64,000 nucleotides of DNA from Eledone cirrhosa (taxonomy: Eukaryota). The translations under genes were made by a program, and so were the position numbers. Below are positions 9,901 to 22,400 of this stretch, one piece after another. The notes under the pieces are model-generated. The model was not told the DNA's origin. It searched no databases and was given only the letters and a program-made list of their open reading frames with translations. Location of the stretch: assembly GCA_964016885.1 (NCBI GenBank), contig OZ024743.1, forward strand, positions 135,098,001 through 135,162,000, read 5' to 3'. The stretch's first letter is position 1. Each line of letters starts with the position of its first letter.

Positions 9901-12900
9901 GGTGTTTGCTGTTTGGTGTTTGCTGCTTGGTGTTTGGTGCTTGGTGCTTGGTGCTGGGTGGTTGGCGTTTGGTGCTTGGTGCTTGGTGTTTGGTGCTTGG
10001 TGTTTGGTGTTTGGTGCTTGGTGTTTGGTGTTTGGTGCTTGGTGCTTGGTGTTTGGTGTTTGGTGCTTGGTGCTTGGTCTTTGGTGCTTGGTGCTTGGTG
10101 CTTGGTCTTTGGTGCTTGGTGCTTGGTGCTTGGTGTTTGGTGCTGCATGCTTGGTGTTTGGTGTTTGGTTCGTGGTGCTTGGTGCTTGGTATTTGGTGCT
10201 TGGTGCTTGGTGCTTGGTGATTAGTGTTTGGTGCTTGGTGCTTGGGGTTTGGTGTTTGCTGCTTGGTGCTTGGTGTTTGGTGCTTGGTACTTGGTGTTTG
10301 GTGCTTGGTGTTTGGTATTTGCTGTTTGCTGTTTGGTGTTTGGTGTTTGGTGTTTGCTGTATGGTGTTTGCTGTTTCGTGTTTGGTCTTTGCTGTTTGGT
10401 GTTTGGTCTTTGGTGCTTGGTGTTTGGTGCTTGGTGCTTGGTATTTGGGGTTTGGTGTTTGCTGTTTGGTGTCTGCTTTTTGGTGTTTGGTGTTTGCTGT
10501 ATGGTGTTTGCTGTTTCGTGTTTGGTGTTTGCTGTTTGGTGTTTGGTCTTTGGTGCTTGGTGTTTGGTGCTTGGTGCTTGGTTTTTGGTGTTTAGTGCTT
10601 GGTGCCTGGTGCTTGTTGTTTTGTGATTGGTGCTTGGTGTTTGGTGTTTGGTGCTTGGCGTTTGGTGTTTGGTGTTTGCCGTTTGGTGTTTGGTGCTTGG
10701 TGCTTGGTGCTTGGTGTTTGGTGCTTGGCGTTTGGTGCTTGGTGCTTGGTGTTTGGTGCCTGGTGCTTGTTGTTCGGTGCTTGGTGCTTGGTGTTTAGTG
10801 CTTGGTGCTTGGTGTTTGGTGTTTGGTGCTTGGTGCATGGTGCTTGGTGTTTGGTGCTTGGTGCTTGGTGTTTGTACTTGGTGCTTGGTGCTTGGTGCTT
10901 GGTTCTTGGTGTTTGGTGCTTGGTGCTTGGTACTTGGTGTTTGGTGCTTGGAGTTTGGTGCTTGGTGCTTGGTGCTTGGTGTTTGGTGTTTGGTGTTTGG
11001 TGCATGGTGCTTGGTGCTTGGTGTTTGGTGCTTGGTTCTTGGTGTTTGGTGCTTGGTGTTTGGTGTAAGGTGTTAGGTGTTAGGTGCTAGGTGCTTGGTG
11101 CTTGGTGTTTGGTGCTTGGTGTTTGGTGCTTGGTACTTGGTGTTTGGTGGTTGGTGCTTCGTGTTTGGTGTTTGGTGTTTGGTGTTTGGTGCTTGGTGCT
11201 TGGTGCCTGGTGCTTGGTGTTTTGTGTTTGGTGCTTGGTGCTTGGTGCTGGGTGGTTGGCGTTTGGTGCTTGGTGCTTGGTGTTTGGTGCTTGGTGCTTG
11301 GTGTTTGGTGCTTGGTGCTTGGTGCTTGGTCTTTGGTGCTTGGTGTTTGGTGTTTGGTGCTTGGTGCTTGGTGTTTGGTGCTTGGTGCTTGGTGATTAGT
11401 GTTTGGTGCTTGGAGCTTGGGGTTTGGTGTTTGGTGCTTGGTGCTTGGTGTTTGGTGCTTGGTGCTTGGTGTTTGGTGTTTGCTGTATGGTGTTTGCTGT
11501 TTCGTGTTTGGTGTTTGCTGTTTGGTGTTTGGTGTTTGGTGTTTGGTGTTTCCTGTTTGGTCTTTCGTCTTTGGTGCTTGGTGTTTGGTGCTTGGTGCTT
11601 GGTGTTTGGTGCTTGGTGCTTGGTGTTTGGTGTTTGGTGCTTGGTGCTTGTTGTTTGGTGATTGGTGCTTGGTGCTTTGTGTTTGGTGTTTGGTGCTTGG
11701 TGCCTGGTGCTTGTTGTTTGGTGATTGGTGCTTGGTGCATGGTGTTTGGTGTTTGGTGTTTGGTGTTTGGTGTTTGGTGCTTGGTGTTTGGTTTTTGGTG
11801 CTAGGTTCTTGGTGCTTGGTGCTTGGTGTAAGGTGCTTGGTGCTTGGGGCTTGGTGTTTGGTGCTTGGTGATTGGTGTTTGGTGCTTGGTGCTGGGTGGT
11901 TGGTGTTTGGTGCTTGGTGCTTGGTGTTTGGTGCTTGGTGCTTGGTGTTTGGTGCTTGGTGCTTGGTGCTTGGTCTTTGGTGCTTGGTGTTTGGTGTTTG
12001 GTGGTTGGTTCTTGGTGCTTGGTGTTTGGTGCTTTGTGCTTGGTGCTTGGTGATTAGTGTTTGGTGCTTGGTGCTTGGGGTTTGGTGTTTGGTGCTTGGT
12101 GCTTGGTGTTTGGTGCTTGGTACTTGGTGTTTGGTGCTTGGTGTTTGGTGTTTGCTGTTTGCTGTTTGGTGTTTGGTGTTTGGTGTTTGCTGTTTGGTGT
12201 CTGCTTTTTGGTGTTTGGTGTTTGCTGTATGGTGTTTGCTGTTTGGTGTTTGGTGTTTGCTGTTTGGTGTTTGGTCTTTGGTGCTTGGTGTTTGGTGCTT
12301 GGTGCTTGGTGTTTGGTGTTTGGTGCTTGGTGCTTGGTGTTTGGTGTTTAGTGCTTGGTTCCTGGTGCTTGTTGTTTGGTGATTGGTGCTTGATGTTTGG
12401 TGTTTGCTGTTTGCTGTTTGGTGTTTGGTGTTTGCCGTTTGGTGTTTGGTGCTTGGTGCTTGGTGCTTGGTGTTTGGTGCTTGGCGTTTGGTGCTTGGTG
12501 CTTGGTGTTTGGTGCCTGGTGCTTGTTGTTTGGTGCTTGGTGCTTGGTGTTTAGTGCTTGGTGTTTGGTGTTTGGTGCTTGGTGCTTTGGGTTTGGTGTT
12601 TGGTGCTTGGTGCATGGTGCTTGTTGTTTGGTGTTTGGTGCTTGGTGTTTGGTGCTTGGAGCTTGGTGCTTCATGTTTGGTGCTTGGTTATTGGTGCTTG
12701 GTGTTTGGTGCAGGGTGCTTGGTGTTTGGTGCTTGGTCTTTGGTGTTTGGTTTTTGATGCTTGGTATTTGATGCTTGGTGCTTGGTGCTTGGTGTTTGGT
12801 GTTTGGTGCTTGGTGTTTGTACTTGGTGCTTGGTGCTTGGTGCTTGGTTCTTGGTGTTTGGTGCTTGGTGCTTGGTGCTTGGTGTTTGGTGCTTGGTGTT

Positions 12901-15900
12901 TGGTGCTCGGTGCTTGGTGCTTGGTGTTAGGTGTTTGGTGTTTGGTGCTTGGTGCTTGGTGCTTGGTGTTTGGTGCTTGGTGCTTGGTGTTTGGTGCTTG
13001 GTGCCTGTTGCTTCGTGTTTGGTGGTTGGTGCTTGGTGCTTGGTGCTTGGTGTAAGGTGTTAGGTGTTTGGTGCTTGGTGCTTGGTCTTTGGTGCTTGGT
13101 GCTTGGTGTTTGGTGTTTGGTGCTTGCTGCTTGCTGCTTGGGGTTTGGTGCTTGGTGATTGGTGCTTGGTGTTTGGTGCTAGGTGCTTGGTGCTTGGTGC
13201 TTGGTGTTTGGTGCTTGGTGTTTGGTGCTTGGTACTTGGGGCTTGGTGTTTGGTGCTTGGTGCTTGGTGCTTGGTGTTTGGTGTTTGGTGTTTGGTGCTT
13301 GGTGCTTGGTGCTTGGTGCTTGGTGCTTGGTGTTTGGTGCTTGGTGTTTGATGTTGGTACTTGGTGTTTGGAGGTTGGTGCTTGGTGCTTGGTGTTTGGT
13401 GTTTGGTGTTTGGTGCTTGGTGCTTGGAGCCTGGTGCTTGGTGCTTGGTGCTTGGTGTTTGGTGCTTGGTGCTTGGTGCTTGGTCTTTGGTGCTTGGTGT
13501 TTGGTGTTTGGTGCTTGGTGCTTGGTGTTCGGTGCTTGGTGCTTGGTGATTAGTGTTTGGTGCTTGGTGCTTGGGGTTTGGTGTTTGGTGCTTGGTGCTT
13601 GGTGTTTGGTGCTTGGTGCTTGGTGTTTGGTGTTTGGTGTTTGCTCTTTGGTGTTTGCTGTTTGCTATTTGCTGTCTGCTTTCTAGTTTTTGGTGTTTGC
13701 TGTATGGTGTTTGCTGTTTCGTGTTTGGTGTTTGCTGTTTGGTGTTTGGTGTTTGGTGTTTCCTGTTTGGTCTTTGGTCTTTGGTGCTTGGTGTTTGGTG
13801 CTTGGTGCTTGGTGTTTGGTGTTTGATGCTTGGTGCTTGGTGTTTGGTGTTTGGTGCTTGGTGCTTGTTGTTTGGTGATTGGTGCTTGGTGCTTGGTGTT
13901 TGGTGTTTGGTGCTTGGTGCCTGGTGCTTGTTGTTTGGTGATTGATGCTTGGTGCTTGGTGTTTGGTGTTTGGTGTTTGGTGCTTGGTGTTTGGTTTTTG
14001 GTGCTAGGTGCTTGGTGCTTGGTGCAGGGTGCTTGGTGTTTGGTGTAAGGTGCTTGGTGCTTGGGGCTTGGTGTTTGGTGCTTGGTGCTTGGTGGTTGGT
14101 GCTTGGTGCTTGGTGCTTGGTCTTTGGTGCTTGGTGTTTTGTGATTGGTGCTTGGTGCTTGGTGCTTGGTGCTTGGGGTTTGGTGTTTGGTGCTTGGTGC
14201 TTGGTGATTGGTGCTTGGTACTTGGTGTTTGGTGCTTGGTGTTTGGTGTTTGCTGTTTGCTTTTTGGTGTTTGGTGTTTGCTGTATGGTGTTTGGTGTTT
14301 GCTGTATGGTGTTTGCTGTTTCGTGTTTGGTGTTTGCTGTTTGGTGTTTGGTCTTTGGTGCTTGGTGTTTGGTGCTTGGTGCTTGGTGTTTGGTGTTTGG
14401 TGCTTGGTGCTTGGTGTTTGGTGTTTGGTGTTTAGTGCTTGGTGCCTGGTGCTTGTTGTTTGGTGATTGGTGCTTGGTGTTTGGTGTTTGCTGTTTGCTG
14501 TTTGGTGTTTGGTGTTTGCCGTTTGGTGTTTCGTGCTTGGTGATTGGTGTTTGGTGCCTGGTGCTTGTTGTTTGGTGCTTGGTGCTTGGTGTTTAGTGCT
14601 TGGTGTTTGGTGTTTGGTGCTTGGTGCTTGGTGTTTGGTGTTTGGTGCTTGGTGCATGGTGCTTGGTGTTTGGTGCTTGGTGTTTGGTGCTTGGAGCTTG
14701 GTGCTTCGTGTTTGCTGCTTGGTGATTGGTGCTTGGTGTTTGGTGCAGGGTGCTTGGTGTTTGGTGCTTGGTGTTTGGTGTTTGGTTTTTGATGCTTGGT
14801 GTTTGATGCTTGGTGCTTGGTGCTTGGTGCTTGGTGTTTGTACTTGGTGCTTGGTGCTTGGTTCTTGGTGTTTGGTGCTTGGTGCCTGGTGCTTGGTGTT
14901 TGGTGCTTGGTGTTTGGTGCTTGGTGCTTGTTGCTTGGTGTTTGGTGTTTGGTGCTTGGTGCTTGGTGCTTGGTGTTTGGTGCTTGGTGCTTGGTGTTTG
15001 GTGCTTGGTGCTTGGTGCTTGGTGTAAGGTGTTAGGTGTTTGGTGCTTGGTGCTTGGTGTTTGGTGCTTGGTGCTTGGTGTTTGGTGTTTGGTGCTTGCT
15101 GCTTGCTGCTTGGGGTTTGGTGCTTGGTGATTGGTGCTTGGTGCTTGGTGTTTGGTGTTTGGTGCTAGGTGCTTGGTGCTTGGTGCTTGGTGTTTGGTGC
15201 TTGGTGTTTGGTGCTTGGTACTTGGGGCTTGGTGTTTGGTGCTTGGTGCTTGGTGCTTGGTGTTTGGTGTTTGGTGTTTGGTGCTTGGTGCTTGGTGCTG
15301 GGTGGTTGGCGTTTGGTGCTTGGTGCTTGGTGTTTGGTGCTTGGTGCTTGGTGTTTGGTGCTTGGTGCTTGGTGCTTGGTGCTTGGTGTTTGGTGCTTGG
15401 TGTTTGCTGTTTGGTGTTTGGTGTTTGCTGTTTGCTGTCTGATTTTTGGTGTTTGGTGTTTGCTGTATGGTGTTTGCTGTTTCGTGTTTGGTATTTGTTG
15501 TTTGGTGTTTGGTGTTTGGTGTTTGGTGTTTCCTGTTTGGTCTTTGGTCTTTGGTGCTTGGGGTTTGGTGCTTGGTGTTTGGTGCTTGGTGCTTGGTGCC
15601 TGGTGCTTGGTGTTTGGTTTTTGATGCTTGGTGCTTGGGGTTTGGTGCTTGGTGCTTGGTCTTTGGTGCTTGGTGTTTGGTGTTTGGTGGTTGGTGCTTG
15701 GTGTTTGGTGCTTGGTACTTGGTGATTAGTGTTTGGTGCTTGGTGCTTGGGGTTTGGTGTTCGGTGCTTGGTGCTTGGTGTTTGGTGCTTGGTGTTTGCT
15801 GTTTGGTGTTTGGTGTTTGCTGTTTGCTGTCTGCTTTTTGGTGTTTGGTGTTTGCTGTATGGTGTTTGCTGTTTCGTGTTTGTTGTTTGTTGTTTTGTGT

Positions 15901-18840
15901 TTGGTGTTTGGTGTTTGGTGTTTCCTGTTTGGTCTTTGGTCTTTGGTGCTTGGTGCTTGGTGCTTGGTGCTTGTTGTTTGGTGATTGGTGCTTGGTGCTT
16001 GGTGTTTGGTGTTTGGTGTTTGGTGCTTGGTGTCTGGTGCTTGGTGTTTGGTGTTTGGTGCTTGGTGCTTGGTGTTTGGTGTTTGGTGTTTGGTGCTTGG
16101 TGCTTGGTGTTTGGTGCTTGGTGCTTTGTGCTTGCTGTTTGGTGCTGCATGCTTGGTGTTTTGTGTTTGGTGCTTGGTGCTTGGTATTTGGTGCTTGGTG
16201 CTTGGTGCTTGGTGATTAGTGTTTGGTGCTTGGTACTTGGGGTTTGGTGTTTGGTGCTTGGTGCTTGGTGTTTGGTGCTTGGTACTTGGTGTTTGGTGCT
16301 TGGTGTTTGGTGTTTGCTGTTTGCAGTTTGGTGTTTGGTGTTTGGTGTTTGCTGTATGGTGTTTGCTGTTTCGTGTTTGGTCTTTGCTGTTTGGTGTTTG
16401 GTCTTTGGTGCTTGGTGTTTGGTGCTTGGTGCTTGGTGCTTGGTGTTTGGTGCCTGGTGCTTGTTGTTTGGTGCTTGTTGCTTGGTGTTTGGTGTTTGGT
16501 GTTTGGTGTTTAGTGCTTGGTGTTTGGTGCATTGTTCTTGGTGTTTGGTGTTTGGAGCTTGGTGTTTGGTGCTTGGAGCTTGGTGCTTGGTGTTTGGTGC
16601 TTGGTGCTTGGTGCTTGGTGTTTGGTGCTTGGTGTTTGGTGTTTGGTTTTTGATGCTTGGTGTTTGATGCTTGGTGCTTGGTGCTTGGTGTTTGGTGTTT
16701 GGTGCTTGGTGCTTGGTGCTTGGTGCTTGGTGTTTGGTGCTTGGTGTTTGGTGTTTGCTGCTTGGTGTTTGGTGCTTGGTGCTTGGTGCTTGGTGTTAGG
16801 TTTTTGGTGCTTGGTGTTTGGTGCTTGGTGCTTGGTGCTTGGTGTTTGGTGCTTGGTGCTTGGTGTTTGGTGCTTGGTGCCTGGTGTTTGGTGTTTGGTG
16901 CTTGGTGCTTGGTGTTTGGTGTTTGGTGCTTGGTGTTTGGTGCTTGGTGCTTGGTGTTTGGTGCTTGGTGCTTGGTGTTTGGTGTTTGGTATTTGGTGCT
17001 TGGTGTTTGGTGCTTGGTGCTTGGTGCTTGGTGTTTGGTGCTTGGTGATTGGTGCTTGGTGTTTGGTGCTTGGTGCTTGGTGTTTGGTGTTTGGTGCTAG
17101 GTGCTTGGTGCTTGGTGTTTGGTGCTTGGTGTTTGGTGCTTGGTACTTGGGGCTTGGTGTTTGGTGCTTGGTGCTTGGTGTTTGGTGTTTGGTGTTTGGT
17201 GTTTGGTGCTTGGTGCTTGGTGCTGGGTGGTTGCCGTTTGGTGCTTGGTGCTTGGTGTTTGGTGCTTGGTGCTTGGTGTTTGGTGCTTGGTGCTTGGTGC
17301 TTGGGGCTTGGTGTTTGGTGCTTGGTGCTTGGTGCTTGGTGTTTGGGGCTTGGTGCTTGGTGTTTGGTGCTTGGTGCTTGGTGTTTGGTGTTTGCTGTTT
17401 GGTGTTTGGTGTTTGCTGTTTGGTGTTTGCTGCTTGGTGTTTGGTGCTTGGTGCTTGGTGCTGGGTGGTTGGCGTTTGGTGCTTGGTGCTTGGTGTTTGG
17501 TGCTTGGTGTTTGGTGTTTGGTGCTTGGTGTTTGGTGTTTGGTGCTTGGTGCTTGGTGTTTGGTGTTTGGTGCTTGGTGCTTGGTCTTTGGTGCTTGGTG
17601 CTTGGTGCTTGGTCTTTGGTGCTTGGTGCTTGGTGCTTGGTGTTTGGTGCTGCATGCTTGGTGTTTGGTGTTTGGTTCGTGGTGCTTGGTGCTTGGTATT
17701 TGGTGCTTGGTGCTTGGTGCTTGGTGATTAGTGTTTGGTGCTTGGTGCTTGGGGTTTGGTGTTTGCTGCTTGGTGCTTGGTGTTTGGTGCTTGGTACTTG
17801 GTGTTTGGTGCTTGGTGTTTGGTATTTGCTGTTTGCTGTTTGGTGTTTGGTGTTTGGTGTTTGCTGTATGGTGTTTGCTGTTTCGTGTTTGGTCTTTGCT
17901 GTTTGGTGTTTGGTCTTTGGTGCTTGGTGTTTGGTGCTTGGTGCTTGGTTTTTGGTGTTTAGTGCTTGGTGCCTGGTGCTTGTTGTTTTGTGATTGGTGC
18001 TTGGTGTTTGGTGTTTGGTGCTTGGCGTTTGGTGTTTGGTGTTTGCCGTTTGGTGTTTGGTGCTTGGTGCTTGGTGCTTGGTGTTTGGTGCTTGGCGTTT
18101 GGTGCTTGGTGCTTGGTGTTTGGTGCCTGGTGCTTGTTGTTCGGTGCTTGGTGCTTGGTGTTTAGTGCTTGGTGCTTGGTGTTTGGTGTTTGGTGCTTGG
18201 TGCATGGTGCTTGGTGTTTGGTGCTTGGTGCTTGGTGTTTGTACTTGGTGCTTGGTGCTTGGTGCTTGGTTCTTGGTGTTTGGTGCTTGGTGCTTGGTAC
18301 TTGGTGTTTGGTGCTTGGAGTTTGGTGCTTGGTGCTTGGTGCTTGGTGTTTGGTGTTTGGTGTTTGGTGCATGGTGCTTGGTGCTTGGTGTTTGGTGCTT
18401 GGTGCTTGGTGTTTGGTGCTTGGTGTTTGGTGTAAGGTGTTAGGTGTTAGGTGCTAGGTGCTTGGTGCTTGGTGTTTGGTGCTTGGTGTTTGGTGCTTGG
18501 TACTTGGTGTTTGGTGGTTGGTGCTTGGTGTTTGGTGTTTGGTGTTTGGTGTTTGGTGCTTGGTGCTTGGTGCCTGGTGCTTGGTGTTTTGTGTTTGGTG
18601 CTTGGTGCTTGGTGCTGGGTGGTTGGCGTTTGGTGCTTGGTGCTTGGTGTTTGGTGCTTGGTGCTTGGTGTTTGGTGCTTGGTGCTTGGTGCTTGGTCTT
18701 TGGTGCTTGGTGTTTGGTGTTTGGTGCTTGGTGCTTGGTGTTTGGTGCTTGGTGCTTGGTGATTAGTGTTTGGTGCTTGGAGCTTGGGGTTTGGTGTTTG
18801 GTGCTTGGTGCTTGGTGTTTGGTGCTTGGTGCTTGGTGTT
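3950..18840 (+). repeat. Tandem duplication of a ~7.4-7.5 kb block (copy 1 ~3950-11415, copy 2 ~11415-18840)
   Basis: Near-identical ORF translations at offsets 7465 (3934/11399, 5093/12558), 7507 (6046/13553, 9003/16510) and 7367 (10592/17959). The private marker TCTTTCGTCT is at ~4096 and ~11561. Confidence 0.9.
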
Positions 18841-19462
18841 TGGTGCTTGGTGTTTGGTGTTTGCTGTTTGGTGTTTGGTGTTTGGTGTTTGCTGTTTGCT
18901 GTTTGCTATTTGCTGTCTGCTTTTTGGTTTTTGGTGTTTGCTGTTTCGTGTTTGGTGTTTGCTGTTTGGTGTTTGGTGTTTGGTGTTTGGTGTTTGGTGT
19001 TTGGTGCTTGGTGCTTGGTGTTTGGTGTTTGGTGCTTGGTGCTTGTTGTTTGGTGATTGGTGCTTGGTGCTTGGTGTTTGGTGCTTGGTGCCTGGTGCTT
19101 GTTGTTTGGTGATTGGTGCTTGGTGCTTGGTGTTTGGTGTTTGGTGTTTGGTGCTTGGTGTTTGGTTTTTGGTGCTAGGTGCTTGGTGCTTGGTGCTTGG
19201 TGTAAGGTGCTTGGTGATTGGGGCTTGGTGTTTGGTGCTTGGTGCTTGGTGTTTGGTGCTTGGTGCTTGGTGCTGGGTTGTTGTTGTTCGGTGCTTGGTG
19301 CTTGGTGTTTGGTGCTTGGTGCTTGGTGTTTGGTGCTTGGTGCTTGGTGCTTGGTCTTTGGTGCTTGGTGTTTGGTGTTTGGTGCTTGGTGCTTGGTGCT
19401 TGGTGTTTGGTGCTTAGTGCTTGGTGCTTGGTGATTAGTGTTTGGTGCTTGGTGCTTGGGGT

Positions 19463-22400
19463 TTGGTGCTGGGTGGTTGGCGTTTGGTGCTTGGTGCTTG
19501 GTGTTTGGTGCTTGGTGCTTGGTGTTTGGTGCTTGATGCTTGGTGCTTGGGGCTTGGTGTTTGGTGCTTGGTGCTTGGTGCTTGGTGTTTGGGGCTTGGT
19601 GCTTGGTGTTTGGTGCTTGGTGCTTGGTGTTTGGTGTTTGCTGTTTGGTGTTTGGTGTTTGCTGTTTGGTGTTTGCTGCTTGGTGTTTGGTGCTTGGTGC
19701 TCGGTGCTGGGTGGTTGGCGTTTGGTGCTTGGTGCTTTGTGTTTGGTGCTTGGTGTTTGGTGTTTGGTGCTTGGTGTTTGGTGTTTGGTGCTTGGTGCTT
19801 GGTGTTTGGTGTTTGGTGCTTGGTGCTTGGTCTTTGGTGCTTGGTGCTTGGTGCTTGGTCTTTGGTGCTTGGTGCTTGGTGCTTGGTGTTTGGTGCTGCA
19901 TGCTTGGTGTTTGGTGTTTGGTTCTTGGTGCTTGGTGCTTGGTATTTGGTGCTTGGTGCTTGGTGCTTGGTGATTAGTGTTTGGTGCTTGGTGCTTGGGG
20001 TTTGGTGTTTGCTGCTTGGTGCTTGGTGTTTGGTGCTTTGTACTTGGTGTTTGGTGCTAGGTGTTGGGTATTTGCTGTTTGCTGTTTGGTGTTTGGTGTT
20101 TGGTGTTTGCTGTATGGTGTTTGCTGTTTCGTGTTTGGTCTTTGCTGTTTGGTGTTTGGTCTTTGGTGCTTGGTGTTTGGTGCTTGGTGCTTGGTGTTTG
20201 GGGTTTGGTGTTTGCTGTTTGGTGTCTGCTTTTTGGTGTTTGGTGTTTGCTGTATGGTGTTTGCTGTTTCGTGTTTGGTGTTTGCTGTTTGGTGTTTGGT
20301 CTTTGGTGCTTGGCGTTTGGTGCTTGGTGCTTGGTTTTTGGTGTTTAGTGCTTGGTGCCTGGTGCTTGTTGTTTTGTGATTGGTGCTTGGTGTTTGGTGT
20401 TTGGTGCTTGGCGTTTGGTGTTTGGTGTTTGCCGTTTGGTGTTTGGTGCTTGGTGCTTGGTGCTTGGTGTTTGGTGCTTGGCGTTTGGTGCTTGGTGCTT
20501 GGTGTTTGGTGCCTGGTGCTTGTTGTTCGGTGCTTGGTGCTTGGTGTTTAGTGCTTGGTGCTTGGTGTTTGGTGTTTGGTGCTTGGTGCATGGTGCTTGG
20601 TGTTTGGTGATTGGTGCTTGGTGTTTGTACTTGGTGCTTGGTGCTTGGTGCTTGGTTCTTGGTGTTTGGTGCTTGGTGCTTGGTACTTGGTGTTTGGTGC
20701 TTGGAGTTTGGTGCTTGGTGCTTGGTGCTTGGTGTTTGGTGTTTGGTGTTTGGTGCATGGTGCTTGGTGCTTAGTGTTTGGTGCTTGGTGTTTGGTGCTT
20801 GGTGTTTGGTGTAAGGTGTTAGGTGTTTGGTGCTTGGTGCTTGGTGTTTGGTGCTTTGTGCTTGGTGTTTGGTGTTTGGTGCTTGCTGCTTGCTGCTTGG
20901 GGTTTGGTGCTTGGTGATTGGTGCTTGGTGTTTGGTGCTTGGTGCTTGGTGTTTGGTGTTTGGTGCTAGGTGCTTGGTGCTTGGTGCTTGGTGTTTGGTG
21001 CTTGGTGTTAGGTGTTTGGTGCTTGCTGCTTGCTGCTTGGTGTTTGGTGCTTGGTGATTGGTGCTTGGTGTTTGGTGCTTGGTGCTTGGTGTTTGGTGTT
21101 AGGTGCTAGGTGCTTGGTGCTTGGTGTTTGGTGCTTGGTGTTTGGTGCTTGGTACTTGGTGTTTGGTGGTTGGTGCTTGGTGTTTGGTGTTTGGTGTTTG
21201 GTGTTTGGTGCTTGGTGCTTGGTGCCTGGTGCTTGGTGTTTTGTGTTTGGTGCTTGGTGCTTGGTGCTGGGTGGTTGGCGTTTGGTGCTTGGTGCTTGGT
21301 GTTTGGTGCTTGGTGCTTGGTGTTTGGTGCTTGGTGCTTGGTGCTTGGTCTTTGGTGCTTGGTGTTTGGTGTTTGGTGCTTGGTGCTTGGTGTTTGGTGC
21401 TTGGTGCTTGGTGATTAGTGTTTGGTGCTTGGAGCTTGGGGTTTGGTGTTTGGTGCTTGGTGCTTGGTGTTTCGTGCTTGGTGCTTGGTGTTTGGTGCTT
21501 GGTGTTTGGTGTTTGCTGTTTGGTGTTTGGTGTTTGGTGTTTGCTGTTTGCTGTTTGCTATTTGCTGTCTGCTTTTTGGTTTTTGGTGTTTGCTGTATGG
21601 TGTTTGCTGTTTCGTGTTTGGTGTTTGCTGTTTGGTGTTTGGTGTTTGGTGTTTGGTGTTTGGTGCTTGGTGCTTGGTATTTGGTGTTTGGTGCTTGGTG
21701 CTTGTTGTTTGGTGATTGGTGCTTGGTGCTTGGTGTTTGGTGTTTGTTGTTTGGTGCTTGGTGTTTGGTTTTTGGTGCTAGGTGCTTGGAGCTTGGTGCT
21801 TGGTGTAAGGTGCTTGGTGATTGGGGCTTGGTGTTTGGTGCTTGGTGCTTGGTGTTTGGTGCTTGGTGCTTGGTGTTTGGTGTTTGATGATTGGTGCTTG
21901 GTGCTGGGTTGTTGGTGTTTGGTGCTTGGTGCTTGGTGTTTGGTGCTTGGTGCTTGGTGTTTGGTGCTTGGTGCTTGGTGCTTGGTCTTTGGTGCTTGGT
22001 GTTTGGTGTTTGGTGCTTGGTGCTTGGTGCTTGGTGTTTGGTGCTTAGTGCTTGGTGCTTGGTGATTAGTGTTTGGTGCTTGGTGCTTGGGGTTTGGTAT
22101 TTGGTGCTTGGTGCTTGGTGTTTGGTGCTTGGTACTTGGTGTTTGGTGCTTGGTGTTTGGTGTTTGCTGTTTGCTGTTTTGTGTTTGGTGCTTGGTGCTT
22201 GGTGTTTGGTGCTTGGTGCTTGGTGTTTGGTGCTTGATGCTTGGTGCTTGGGGCTTGGTGTTTGGTGCTTGGTGCTTGGTGCTTGGTGTTTGGGGCTTGG
22301 TGCTTGGTGTTTGGTGCTTGGTGCTTGGTGTTTGGTGTTTGCTGTTTGGTGTTTGGTGTTTGCTGTTTGGTGTTTGCTGCTTGGTGTTTGGTGCTTGGTG

